Shown piece after piece: positions 16,055 through 26,700 of a stretch of DNA of 51,465 nucleotides. The DNA comes from a virus (Duplodnaviria; Caudoviricetes). The notes beneath the pieces are model-generated. The model searched no databases. It was not told where the DNA came from and saw only the letters and a list, made by a program, of their open reading frames with translations. The translations under genes were made by a program, and so were the position numbers. Each line of letters opens with the position of its first letter. Positions within the stretch are counted from its first letter, which is position 1. The stretch covers positions 1 to 51,465 of IMG/VR virus record IMGVR_UViG_3300025128_000057, one strand, 5' to 3'.

Positions 16055-16524
16055 AAATGTATTACTACGGACACAGCCTGTACACGAGAGGTAAACCACT
16101 ACCTCAGCACGTCGATTGGTTAAAGAAACACAACTTCCTTGTTGTCTCACTTTCACCGGCTTACCCGGAACACCTCGAAGCGTTAGGCGACAAATCAATC
16201 CACATTCCGTTACCAGACGGCAAACTCACCGACGAAGTGATCAAAGAAGTGACACGCGCCAAAGAACACGTCGTTGAGTACGCAAAAACAAACGAACCAG
16301 TCCTCACCCACTGCAACGCCGGACGTAACCGCGCAGCCCTAGTCACCGGCCTCGCATACGCCGATCTAGCCGAAACATCAGGCAACATTGCTTTAACCCA
16401 CGTAAGGCAGATACGACCCAACTCGCTAGCCAACGAAGAATTCGCTACCTACCTACAACATTACCGCCCATACCAAAACATCGCAGCGCTACACAAAGCA
16501 GGCGTCAAATTCACAAGCCTATGA
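16051..16524 (+). CDS. Dual-specificity/tyrosine phosphatase-fold protein
   Basis: HCNAGRNRA CX5R loop; PLPDG acid loop. Confidence 0.85.
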   Translation: MKMYYYGHSLYTRGKPLPQHVDWLKKHNFLVVSLSPAYPEHLEALGDKSIHIPLPDGKLTDEVIKEVTRAKEHVVEYAKTNEPVLTHCNAGRNRAALVTGLAYADLAETSGNIALTHVRQIRPNSLANEEFATYLQHYRPYQNIAALHKAGVKFTSL

Positions 16525-17090
16525 CAACAACCGTTTACTTAATCGGAGTACCGGGAGCCGGTAAATCAACCGCTCTCGCAGCAGCAATAGATCACCTCGG
16601 CTGGGATACACCCGAACTACGCACACAACCCTTCGCCCATTCATGGTATGAGCGACCCAACGCAGCGGTGCTAGGCAAACAGCGTTCCACATTCCCCGGC
16701 ACAGACACCCTCGCCTTAGGCGTCAACCCTAAAGCAATCCAATTCATCCAAACCACTGACGCAAAACTCGTACTAGGCGAAGGCGACCGTTTAGCCAACG
16801 TGAAGTTCCTCACCGCCGCAACCCAGACAGGGGAAACAGTGTTAATCAACCTTCACCTACCAGCCACTGTCGCATACCAGCGCATGCTCAACAGAGCCGA
16901 CAACCTCGACATACCACCACAGAAAGAATCATGGTGGAACGGTAGAGCCACCAAAACACACAACCTCAAACAACTCAAACTCCCCGGACTACGACACGAA
17001 ACAGTTAACGGCACCCAAACCGTAGAACACATCGCAGAACAAATAGCCGACATAATCGACTACGCCACACCCAAAACAACAAGAAAGTAA
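16521..17090 (+). CDS. P-loop nucleotide kinase
   Basis: GVPGAGKST, FPGTDTL, EGDRL. Confidence 0.8.
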   Translation: MTTTVYLIGVPGAGKSTALAAAIDHLGWDTPELRTQPFAHSWYERPNAAVLGKQRSTFPGTDTLALGVNPKAIQFIQTTDAKLVLGEGDRLANVKFLTAATQTGETVLINLHLPATVAYQRMLNRADNLDIPPQKESWWNGRATKTHNLKQLKLPGLRHETVNGTQTVEHIAEQIADIIDYATPKTTRK

Positions 17091-17116
17091 CTCCGGACAC
17101 TAAGCTCCGGACAAAT

Positions 17117-17680
17117 ATGGGACCACGACCAACAAACCTCACACCAGAAGTAGCCGCCAAATACCGGCAAGTCGTAAACATGCGCGTACAGGGAGCGACG
17201 TTCGATCAAATCGCTGACCGTGTTGGTTACGCCGGACGGCAGGGTGCTTATGATGCTTATCGTGCTGCGTTGAAGTGGTGGGGTAGAGATGGGGTTGAGG
17301 AGGCACGCCAGCTTGAATCGGAGCGGCTTGACCGTTTACATCAGTCAACGACGTTGATGTTGGAAGCTGCACAGCAGGAGTCGATTCAGGTTAGTTACGC
17401 TGCTGATGGAACTGAGATTCGTACGCCGACGTTTGCTCCTGAGGTTTTGGCTGCGGTGAATACGGCTGTGAATGTTTCTCGTCGCCGTTCTTCTTTGCTT
17501 GGTTTGGATGCACCGAAACAGGTTGAGGTTGCTGGTGCGGATGGTGGCCCGGTGGTCACGGACATCGGAGAGCTTCTGAGAGAGCGTATGGAGGCCGTTA
17601 AGCCCGGATCGACGGTAAATGCCACATTGGATACAACGGCATCTCAGAATGGCTTACATTCGGAGCAGGGTGATGGCTGA
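17117..17680 (+). CDS. terS: Terminase small subunit
   Basis: N-terminal HTH (TFDQIADRVGY), RRSSLLGLDAP, GADGGP; precedes terL. Confidence 0.75.
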   Translation: MGPRPTNLTPEVAAKYRQVVNMRVQGATFDQIADRVGYAGRQGAYDAYRAALKWWGRDGVEEARQLESERLDRLHQSTTLMLEAAQQESIQVSYAADGTEIRTPTFAPEVLAAVNTAVNVSRRRSSLLGLDAPKQVEVAGADGGPVVTDIGELLRERMEAVKPGSTVNATLDTTASQNGLHSEQGDG

Positions 17681-19004
17681 GGAATCTCTGTGGCAGTGTT
17701 TAATAACGGAGATGTCATATGAGGAACGCGAGAAAGTCATATCAGACTTCAATGATGAACACGCTCAGAGTTTCCTGCATTCATGGGGCGTGTATCGCAG
17801 GCCTTCGCAAGCAACCCCTGTAGGTGATTGGCGTGTTTGGCTGATTCTCGCTGGCCGTGGCTGGGGTAAGACCCGTACTGGTGCTGAATTCATCCGTGAA
17901 CAAGTAGATGCCGGAAACGCTGAACATATCGCCCTTGTCGGTCCGACCGCTGGTGACGTTAGGGACACCATGATTGAGGGTGAGTCCGGCCTTCTAGGTA
18001 TTTACCCTGCGAGCCAAAGACCGAAATACGAGCCATCGAAACGTAGGGTCACGTTCCATAACGGGGCAGTCGCTACAGCTTTCTCCGCTGATGAGCCTGA
18101 TCGTTTACGTGGACCTAACCATGATTTGGCGTGGGCTGATGAACTTGCCGCATGGAGGTATGCCGATGCGTGGGATATGTTGCAGTTCGGTTTACGTATA
18201 GGTAAACAACCCCGAACCGTAGTCACGACAACACCGAAACCCATCCCGATAGTGAAACGGCTAGTAGCGACTGATGATGGCACTGTCCACATCACGAAAG
18301 GCAGCACATTCGATAACTCCCTGAACCTTGCTGGCTCGTTCCTTGATGAAGTTACCGCACGCTATGAGGGGACAAGGTTGGGGCAGCAAGAACTTTACGC
18401 AGAAATCCTTGATGACGTTGAGGGCGCACTATGGGATCGTGACCAGATCGAGGAACACAGGGTTACCGTTCACCCACCGTTGAAACGCATCGTTGTTGGC
18501 GTTGATCCTTCTGCTGGGTCGAAAGCTACGAGCGATGAGACAGGCATCGTGGTAGTTGGCCTTGGTGAGAACGGTGAAGGCTACGTGCTTGATGACGTTT
18601 CGCTTCGTGGAACACCTAACGACTGGGGCCGTGCGGCGGTAGCTGCCTACCACAAGTTCAGCGCTGACAGGATCGTCGCAGAATCCAACCAAGGCGGAGA
18701 AATGGTTTCGCACACGCTGAGAACAGTTGACGAGAACGTGCCTATCAAACTGGTTCACGCGTCGAAAGGGAAACGAACAAGAGCGGAACCAGTGTCAGCG
18801 CTATATGAACAAGGCAGAATCCACCATCATGGCTTTCACGCTAATCTTGAAGATCAAATGTGTAGCTGGGTTCCTGATTTCTCGGATTCACCTGACAGGG
18901 TAGATGCGTTGGTTTGGGGATTAACTGAACTGATGTTGGGGCATAAGCAACAGCCAGTAGTTGCACCGACCGGCATTACTGGCGCTAGCCAGTGGAGGTT
19001 GTGA
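17673..19004 (+). CDS. terL: Terminase large subunit
   Basis: AGRGWGKT Walker A, LRGP, WADE, TTTP, GVDP, SPDRVDA. Confidence 0.95.
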   Translation: MAEESLWQCLITEMSYEEREKVISDFNDEHAQSFLHSWGVYRRPSQATPVGDWRVWLILAGRGWGKTRTGAEFIREQVDAGNAEHIALVGPTAGDVRDTMIEGESGLLGIYPASQRPKYEPSKRRVTFHNGAVATAFSADEPDRLRGPNHDLAWADELAAWRYADAWDMLQFGLRIGKQPRTVVTTTPKPIPIVKRLVATDDGTVHITKGSTFDNSLNLAGSFLDEVTARYEGTRLGQQELYAEILDDVEGALWDRDQIEEHRVTVHPPLKRIVVGVDPSAGSKATSDETGIVVVGLGENGEGYVLDDVSLRGTPNDWGRAAVAAYHKFSADRIVAESNQGGEMVSHTLRTVDENVPIKLVHASKGKRTRAEPVSALYEQGRIHHHGFHANLEDQMCSWVPDFSDSPDRVDALVWGLTELMLGHKQQPVVAPTGITGASQWRL

Positions 19005-19168
19005 TGGATCAGGCTGAATGGTTGGAGTACGGAATGGCAAATGGTTTCTGTACGCCTCCGTATTGCGATAACCATGACGGATATCACGCTGAGGATTGGG
19101 GTTTAATCCAAGATCTTCAGGGGCAGTATGGCGATGATTTCTGTTTGTCTGTTGTTCGAGTGAAATAG
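19004..19168 (+). CDS. Small Cys/His protein, 54 aa (MDQAEWLEYG...FCTPPYCDNHDG)
   Basis: Read manually; SD GGAGG; 1-nt overlap with terL stop. Confidence 0.7.
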   Translation: MDQAEWLEYGMANGFCTPPYCDNHDGYHAEDWGLIQDLQGQYGDDFCLSVVRVK

Positions 19169-19237
19169 TTCTTCTTGTTAAGAAGGTCGGCTATTTGCGG
19201 TAGAGGGAAAAGATTCTCAAATAATCCGTAAATAAGG

Positions 19238-19276
19238 TTGCTAGGGTGTCCCCTAGTAGGTATAGTTATTCTCATG
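19238..19276 (+). promoter_or_regulatory. Family promoter P7
   Basis: TTGCTA-17-TATAGT-7-ATGGCAGCAA; operator CTAGGGTGTCCCCTAG 19241-19256. Confidence 0.85.
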
Positions 19277-19522
19277 GCAGCAAACGAAACCTCAAATCAA
19301 GGAGCCAGCCAAATGAACACCTCAGTAACCACAACCCTAACGCTAGTAGAAGATCTAAGAGAAGGAGACGTTTGCAGATTCATCGGCACCGACGCGACCG
19401 TCGCAACCCTTACAAGAAGCAGCGACAGGTTGACCGTAACCTTCGAGTCCGGTGTTGAGACAAGTTTCTGGTTCCAAGAAGGTGTCTTTAACTTGTGTGA
19501 AGTTGTGGAGGCTGCTGTTTGA
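19274..19522 (+). CDS. Cassette gene, hypothetical (starts 19274 leaderless, 19313 SD-led)
   Basis: Own promoter and terminator. Confidence 0.75.
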   Translation: MAANETSNQGASQMNTSVTTTLTLVEDLREGDVCRFIGTDATVATLTRSSDRLTVTFESGVETSFWFQEGVFNLCEVVEAAV

Positions 19523-19548
19523 GACCTAGCCGAAACTAATCAACGATT

Positions 19549-19578
19549 GAGCCGCCCTTCGGGGCGGTTCTTTCTTTT
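19549..19578 (+). terminator. Intrinsic terminator
   Basis: GAGCCGCCC-TTCG-GGGCGGTTC-TTTCTTTT. Confidence 0.9.
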
Positions 19579-19657
19579 GTGACGGTTCCGTAACGCTACA
19601 CAATGAGTTACGCTTGAAGGTATAGGGTCGTAACAATTCCGTAACGGAGGTTGTCAC

Positions 19658-20986
19658 ATGGCTGACGACGGCTATCAGCGCACAATCGGTAAAGCGAAAC
19701 CATCCTCGACTGATTTCATGGAGGTTGGGACCTCTGGTCTTGTCCAGTACGGCGGAAAGATTCAAGAGGATTTCCTACGGCAGCTACAAGGCAGGCAAGG
19801 TGTAGCTAACTACCGGGAAATGGCTGACAACGATCCTGTAGTTGGCGCGATCCTCCATGCAGTCGAAATGATGATGCGCAGTGTTGACTGGTCCGTTGAT
19901 GCGTCCGATGTTGATGATGAGCAAGCCGTAGCGTACGCATCGTTCATCGCTGAATGCATGCAGGACATGACGCAAAGCTGGGAAGACACAATCTCGGCAA
20001 TCCTTTCGTTCCTGACTTACGGCTTTTCTGTTCACGAGATTGTGTACAAGAGGCGTCAAGGCGAGCACGGTGACGCCCCATCGAAATACAGTGACGGCCT
20101 GATCGGCTGGAAGAAACTCCCGATCCGGGGGCAGTCCACCATTTATGAATGGGATATCGACGCTAATGGCGGTATCAACGGTGTCGTTCAAGAACAGTTC
20201 CTCGGCGACACGTTCGGCAGAGACAATGTTCATATCCAGATTGAGAAGCTGCTCCTGTTCAGAACTTCAACGAAATACAACAACCCGCGTGGCCGTTCCG
20301 TATTACGAAACGCCTTCCTGCCTTGGTATTTCAAATCAAAGATCCAAGAGATCGAAGCAATCGGTATCGAACGTGATCTGGCTGGTATGCCTGTCGCTTA
20401 TGTGCCGCCACAACTGTTGAGTGATAACGCTACGCAAGCTGAATCGTCAGCGCTTAATGCGATCAAAGAACTCGTCAGAAACATCAAACGTGATGAGCAG
20501 GAAGGCATTGTCTTTCCCCTTGCCTACGACCCAGACACAGGCCAACCGGCCTACGACCTGAAACTGTTATCGACAGGTGGCCGTCGCCAGTTCGACACGA
20601 ACGCCATTATTCAGCGGTATGACCAGCGTATTGCCATGACGCTCTTAGCTGATTTTGTTTTGCTTGGCCACCAAGCAACGGGTACGCAGGCTTTATCAGT
20701 ATCTAAGGTTCAGTTGTTCGTTGATTCGTTGACAGCGTGGCTGAGCGCGATCGCTGAGGTGTTTAACTCTCACGGCATTCCACGGCTAATGCGGTTGAAT
20801 GGTTTTGACACAATGAAGATGCCACGACTCAATTTCTCACCGCCACGGAACGTGGACCTTGGCGAACTGGGAGAATTCATCGCCCAACTCGCTGGGGCCG
20901 GAGCACCGCTGTTCCCAGACGAGAACCTCGAAAGCTACCTACGGGAAACGGCTGGACTGCCTCGCCCAATGGCTGAGGAAGTGTGA
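19658..20986 (+). CDS. Portal protein
   Basis: 442 aa after terL; YGFSVHEIVY, NPRGRSVLR, IERDLAGMP. Confidence 0.85.
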   Translation: MADDGYQRTIGKAKPSSTDFMEVGTSGLVQYGGKIQEDFLRQLQGRQGVANYREMADNDPVVGAILHAVEMMMRSVDWSVDASDVDDEQAVAYASFIAECMQDMTQSWEDTISAILSFLTYGFSVHEIVYKRRQGEHGDAPSKYSDGLIGWKKLPIRGQSTIYEWDIDANGGINGVVQEQFLGDTFGRDNVHIQIEKLLLFRTSTKYNNPRGRSVLRNAFLPWYFKSKIQEIEAIGIERDLAGMPVAYVPPQLLSDNATQAESSALNAIKELVRNIKRDEQEGIVFPLAYDPDTGQPAYDLKLLSTGGRRQFDTNAIIQRYDQRIAMTLLADFVLLGHQATGTQALSVSKVQLFVDSLTAWLSAIAEVFNSHGIPRLMRLNGFDTMKMPRLNFSPPRNVDLGELGEFIAQLAGAGAPLFPDENLESYLRETAGLPRPMAEEV

Positions 20987-22182
20987 TCCACAACACTGGT
21001 TGTAGTTGCTGTTCTAAGTCGCCTCGTTCAGCTATCGGCGTAACGTCAGGTGTACGTAAAGCGAAACGCATACCGGTCACTTCGCCGCAGAAACGCACTA
21101 GGAGCCAGCCCGGATTCAGGCCAGCCGGAAAACCAAGGCTCAACAAGTTCGAGAAACAAGTTGTTGATCTCATGGATGAGGCTTGGGCTTCTGTGCCTGA
21201 GGAAGCAATCGAACAGATGTGGGTTGATCCGGGAGGCGGCACATCTGGGTTAGCGTTAGCGGTTCATTTCGCTGCGTATGAACAGCCACTGCAAACTATT
21301 TTGCAGAACCAGATCAACCAGTCAGGCAACTCAATGTTCAACGAGATTGGGCGTGACGTGAAAGCTGAGTGGGAGAGCCTCACTAAAGAAGTGAAGATCG
21401 GCTTTCCGATTGAACAAGCGGACGGCAGCACCCGAACCATTTACCAGAGTTACGCTTTCAATGAAGCAAGCCCAACGGCAACGCAATACGCAGCACAGAA
21501 CTCAATCAAAATGATTAGGGACTTGACAACCTCAACTCAGGTTGGTGTGCAGCAAGTTATCCTGTCGTCGTTCACTGATGGGTTGACGCGTGGGCAGACA
21601 ACCAAACCGTTGATCGTGTTGCTGCAAGACAGCATCGCCCCGAATGTTGCGCCGAGGCGTGCGCTGTTTGATTTGTTTGGTTCCGCTACGAATGGTTTGA
21701 CTGAGCGATACGCAGTTGCTGTTTATCATCGGGCCGAGAAACTGATGGAAGCTAACCCGAACGCCACGCTCTCAACATTGAGGCAGCGAATCAACACGTA
21801 CGGCGCACGTTTACGGCGATCAAGAGCACGCACGATCGCACGTACCGAGATTATGCGTGCCTCAAACTTTGGTCGCCTTGAAGCAATGGAGCAGGCAGCT
21901 AATCAGGGTTTAGTGAATCCGGCGACGGCACGTAAGCAGTGGTCTACGTCTCGGTTTGATGTTTGTGAGGTTTGTGTTCCGTTGAATGGGCAGACGCAGC
22001 CGCTTCGTGGGGGTTTGTTTCTTGCCGGTAATGGTTGGACTGGCCCTTCACCGCCAGCGCATCCGAATTGTCGTTGTGTGGTGCGGATGTTGCCTGCCCC
22101 GAATATGTATGGGACTCCGTTGCCGACTAGTTCTCGGGTTTCGGGTTTGGGGCTGCGTTCGCCTCAGTTTCCTGCTATCTAA
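20983..22182 (+). CDS. Minor head morphogenesis protein (Mu gpF/SPP1 gp7-like)
   Basis: RARTIARTE, C..C..LNG, PPAHPNCRC. Confidence 0.85.
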   Translation: MIHNTGCSCCSKSPRSAIGVTSGVRKAKRIPVTSPQKRTRSQPGFRPAGKPRLNKFEKQVVDLMDEAWASVPEEAIEQMWVDPGGGTSGLALAVHFAAYEQPLQTILQNQINQSGNSMFNEIGRDVKAEWESLTKEVKIGFPIEQADGSTRTIYQSYAFNEASPTATQYAAQNSIKMIRDLTTSTQVGVQQVILSSFTDGLTRGQTTKPLIVLLQDSIAPNVAPRRALFDLFGSATNGLTERYAVAVYHRAEKLMEANPNATLSTLRQRINTYGARLRRSRARTIARTEIMRASNFGRLEAMEQAANQGLVNPATARKQWSTSRFDVCEVCVPLNGQTQPLRGGLFLAGNGWTGPSPPAHPNCRCVVRMLPAPNMYGTPLPTSSRVSGLGLRSPQFPAI

Positions 22183-22210
22183 AATATTTCAACAAATGTG
22201 ACAAATAAGG

Positions 22211-22249
22211 TTGCAAGGGGTGTCCCTACACCGTATAGTTATTACTATG
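22211..22249 (+). promoter_or_regulatory. Family promoter P8
   Basis: TTGCAA-17-TATAGT-7-ATGACAGCAACC; operator CAAGGGGTGTCCCTAC 22214-22229. Confidence 0.85.
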
Positions 22250-22549
22250 ACAGCAACCACAAAAATCACCAAATCCGGTCCGGGTAACTACATCCTCACC
22301 AGCGGCGAAGAAACCGAAAAGACATTCGGTGACGAGACGTACATGCAATCTGCTTACGAGTTGCAAATCACTAAGATGGACATTCATCGCTGCTTCGCTG
22401 ATTGGCGCATCGGAACTTGGGCAGTCGAAATCGTAAGGAACAACGGCTACTACGCACCCGAACTAACCGACTTTGAATTCAAGACCTATCGCGAAGCCAA
22501 AGCATACGCCCAACAGCTACTCGGCTGGATAACAGAAGGGGCGGTCTGA
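22247..22549 (+). CDS. Cassette gene, leaderless hypothetical
   Basis: ATG 7 nt after -10; FKTYREAKAYA motif. Confidence 0.75.
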   Translation: MTATTKITKSGPGNYILTSGEETEKTFGDETYMQSAYELQITKMDIHRCFADWRIGTWAVEIVRNNGYYAPELTDFEFKTYREAKAYAQQLLGWITEGAV

Positions 22550-22890
22550 TGAATATCTTTGAGAAGCTCACTGAAGACGGCCTGCTCGTAGCGTTACCCC
22601 CATCAACGCTAGTCAACGAACTTGACTGGCTCGAAATGACCCGGACCGACCGGAGCGGTAAGCGCTACCGCCACTACTACCGGGTATGGGATTTCCCTTG
22701 GGGTAAGAAACCTATGCAAAGCCAGTTCAGTGTCCAGTTTCAGGGCTGGAGAAATCTAGCTAACGGAACTTTCGCTGAGTTCGCTGCTGATTTCGAGTTT
22801 ATGACGCTTCCCCGAGCCAACGATGACGGCTCGCTCAATAGAGCGCAGTGTGGGATCACGCGTATTTACCGAATGTCGGACGGGTGCTAA
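22549..22890 (+). CDS. Hypothetical protein
   Basis: 1-nt overlap with upstream gene. Confidence 0.65.
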   Translation: MNIFEKLTEDGLLVALPPSTLVNELDWLEMTRTDRSGKRYRHYYRVWDFPWGKKPMQSQFSVQFQGWRNLANGTFAEFAADFEFMTLPRANDDGSLNRAQCGITRIYRMSDGC

Positions 22891-22954
22891 CCTGATTCAA
22901 ACAACTGAACGGCTCCGCTGACCCGAATCGCGTCGAGCCAAACAGGAGGAACTC

Positions 22955-23149
22955 ATGTCATCATTATCGGAAACTCTTAGCCGAATCGCTAACCAAGCTG
23001 ATTCCGCTGCGGCAGAAGCTCAGGCGTCCGCTATCAACGGAACGCCAGCAAAGTATTGTTCGGCGCTTGGGCGAACTATCGAGGATCTGCTTGGGGAAAT
23101 ACGAACCAAGCTGTCCACTAAGGAGTTATCGCATCCAAGTGAACCGTAG
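22955..23149 (+). CDS. Hypothetical protein
   Basis: SD AGGAGG. Confidence 0.6.
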   Translation: MSSLSETLSRIANQADSAAAEAQASAINGTPAKYCSALGRTIEDLLGEIRTKLSTKELSHPSEP

Positions 23150-23272
23150 AGCGCAGGGCAATCAGCTTCATGTTTCATGGTTTCGCAACACCAGACGCAG
23201 CTTATTGTCATACCCGTAGGCTAGTCTTGACGATGTAGTAGTGACCTTCAGTGTCCGAAGCAGGAGAGATCC

Positions 23273-23716
23273 ATGTCGGACGCCGATGATTTGGTTGCCA
23301 AGATTAGAGCCATAGCCGATGAAGTCGAAGGCACAGCTACGTCAGTAACAGAACGTGCTCAGGCAGCAGTAGACAAAGCCGAGCAAGCTGTATCTAAGTT
23401 CAGAGCGGCGCTTCAGTCGGTCATGGACAACATCGCTTGGATCGCTGGGTTACCAGCAGTGTTAGGTGGTGGCTTCGGTTTCTTGAAGTCGAATGCGGAT
23501 GACACAGCAGCGGCTGACTGGCAAATGGAACAATTAACTGAACGTGTCGCTGAGTTAGAGTCATCGAACAATTTGCTTGGCGGCGATACGAAAAACTTTT
23601 CACTGAACTTGGGCGACGCTCCGGGCGGCAGCATGACCGCAGCATTGGTTTTCGTAATCCTTGGCGCTCTGATCTGTGGAGCAGTCATTTGGCAACAAAG
23701 AAGGCGACGGCGTTAA
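23273..23716 (+). CDS. Two-TM membrane protein
   Basis: Two hydrophobic segments, terminal RRRRR; SD AGGAG. Confidence 0.7.
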   Translation: MSDADDLVAKIRAIADEVEGTATSVTERAQAAVDKAEQAVSKFRAALQSVMDNIAWIAGLPAVLGGGFGFLKSNADDTAAADWQMEQLTERVAELESSNNLLGGDTKNFSLNLGDAPGGSMTAALVFVILGALICGAVIWQQRRRRR

Positions 23717-26700
23717 GCCGTGTCATAGGTGCCCTGCTTGGGGCAGCAGTCTTAGTAACCGGTTGCAGCGGTGGAACTTCGCCGCGTCCTGAAACGAGTA
23801 CGCAACAAACAGCGCAAGCGATCACGGTTGACACAACACCGCCAGTAGAAACTGGGTTGGAAGTTAGCCAAGTAGTCACATTGGATTACCAACCAAACGA
23901 TGACGGGTTCGGTTTCGCTAACTACGGAGGCGGAAACGCTCCTGCTGCTTTAACTGTGAACCTTGCTCGCCGCTTGTATGGAGATGCTCAGGTTTGCGCG
24001 TCGGTGAGCGCTGATGATGAATGCACACCGCAGCCCGTGATCTTGCAGTTGATTGATCAAGCGAACCGGGCGATGGCCGGTGGGCTTTGTGAAGGGTTCG
24101 CTGTCCTGTCCCTACGCTTATATCAGGAGGGTGCGACAACGAGCTTGCTAGGGCAGGAAGCGCTTGTTGCTGCGTTGGAGCAAGGCGACCCTCGTGTGGC
24201 CGCAGAGTTGGCGTTCTGGTTTGTTACACAGTTCGCCTCGGAGACGCAAGCTGCCGCAGCGTTTTATCGAGAACAAAGCCCTAGTGAAATCGTCGCAACG
24301 CTTGCCGACGACTTTGCTAATCCGCTTACGAGCGCTGGTTACACGCTTGGTTTGTATTCTGCGGAAGGTGGGCACGCTGTAACTCCTTACGCAGTTGAAG
24401 CGGTGGACGGCGGTTCCCGTATTTACATTTACGATTCTAACTGGCCTAACGAGACACGCTGGATCGATGTTGTGGACAACGTGTGGACCTATGCGCTAGC
24501 TGCAACAAACCCAACAGAAACAGCCTCTGCATGGACGGGCAGCACAGGAACACTTGAACTGACACCGATGGCTTCACGGCAACCACCGTTTGCTTGTGCG
24601 TTCTGCCCTCAACCTGACGGCACGAAATCGATGACGCTACTCACAGCGGCAGGGTCGAACGATACGCAGCTTGCTTTACAGGTCACCGATGATCAAGGGA
24701 ACCGGCTTGGTGTGTTTGACGGTGAACTCGTCAACGAAATCCCGGGTTCTGTTTATCGGTATATAGCGACATCGAACACGGCTGATCCGGTAATGATCCT
24801 GTTGCCTGCTTCTGTGGAGAACTACACGGCGGATGTTGCGACGGTTGGCCCTCAGGCTGTCAATGAGGACGGTTCTTCAGTGGAAGAAACTGGGGCCGTA
24901 TCGATCTTTGTTGCTCAGGATGGGGCAGCGGCACGGGTTGAAACATCGATCGCCGACGTAACAGACGAAGCGGACGATGAACCCGTGCTCGCCGTCAGCG
25001 AAGACGCAGGCTACGAAGTCAACGACCTTGAAGAAGCCGCTATCGACATAGCCGACCAGAACGTGGCGGTGAGCGTCACAATCCAAGACGACCAAGAACT
25101 AGCGTTCCAGTTCACGCCCCCACCAGCGCCTGTAGGAACGCCTGACAGCAGCGAAACACCAGACACGGGTGACAATACCCCAGAATCACCCGAACCCGTT
25201 ACAGCGCCACAGATCATGCTCTCAATCGCAACTGACGACGGTGAACAGGTAGCAGAGATCGAAATCATCCAAACCGAGGACAGTGAAGCACCTGAAGAAA
25301 TCGTCATCGAAATCGATGAGGAGGGCGAAGTTGAACTGGTTGTTGAAGAAATTGAGGCGCGTCCTGCGACGATTGTGGCTGAGTTACGAGAGTTGGTGGA
25401 AGAACGCCTAGAAGCCGACCCTGAACAACAAGACGACTGGTTCGTAGCACCAGATGAGAGTGAGGGCGAACCGTTCATCCTTGACCTTGAAGACGACTTC
25501 TGGGATGAAGAAGTTTGGGAAGAAGACTGGCACGAAGAAGACGATGACTGGGTATGGGTCGAATCAGACGACTTTGTTGAATGGGTCGAAGAAGAAGGCG
25601 ACGACAGTTTCCTCGCCGCGATTGTTGACGACACATTTATCGAAGAAATGGAGGAACTCATCACACGTACCGAAGATCGGATCGATGAGCTACCCGACCG
25701 TATCGAAGGTGAGTGGGGTGATGACGGGTTCGTAGTCGAAATCGTGATCGTTGAAGAAGACGACGAAGTGTTAATCGTTATCGAAGATCCGTTGCCACCA
25801 ATCGAGGAACGGCCCGAAGACCCAGAAGACGACACGCATACCCCCAATATAGATCCACCTGACATGACGATGCCTGATTGGTTGATACCAGACGACGACG
25901 GCGAAATCTGGTGGGATGACGACGACGACTGGGGAGGCGGCGGCGATGTTGATGACGGGATGTGGCTCGATATCCCTGACATCACGTTGCCTGAATGGAA
26001 CACTGATGATGACGACGATTGGCCCGATGATGCACCTGACCTCAACGACATCCCAGACGAAACCAACGGAACTGACACCGATGACTCTGATGACCAAGAT
26101 CAAGATGATGACGATCAACCGGATACAGGCACGCAGGTGGGAGAAGGCCCAGAGCCGCCGGAACCACCCGACGAAGTGGATTCCGATGACGACCTATCTG
26201 GAGGAGAACCCGGAGATGACACACCTGACGCCCCAGTAATCGAAGATCCTCCGCCACCACCTCCGCAACCTTCTTGGAGCGGTGGACAAGACTCGTATTT
26301 AGAAACACTGCCCGATGAAACCAGCACAGCAACAGACACGACAACAACAACGAACGTCACCTCAGCGCTTGGTTTCAATTCGAGTGATGGCTACTGGTAT
26401 CAAACAGTCACTACAGCGACGACGGTTACGGAAACAGAAACCGTTAGCACTATTTCTGCCACAAGACTCCGCACCTATTCATGGTCCTGTTACGACGACG
26501 GACTTGGGAACAGTTCATGCGATGACGCAACCAGTTACAGCAACACGCAATCCACCACAGCCGTCGCTGATCCGACCGTCGTCGATACCACCACAACTTC
26601 AGTTATCACAACGATTCCGGCTAGCTGTTCGCAAGGCGGCTGGACTGGGTTCGGTGACTGGTGCATTGTCGGCGGCTGCTCAGTTTGTAATTCGAGTACG

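Noticed and set aside
19238-19273. ORF-track N-terminal extensions (19238, 22211, 50127, 28469, 3011, 1494)
   Set aside because: They start in or upstream of the promoter itself (TTG of the -35 box in several), so would not be transcribed from it
25011-26078. 355-aa Ser-rich minus-strand ORF
   Set aside because: Shadow of Asp/Glu codons in the lipoprotein gene
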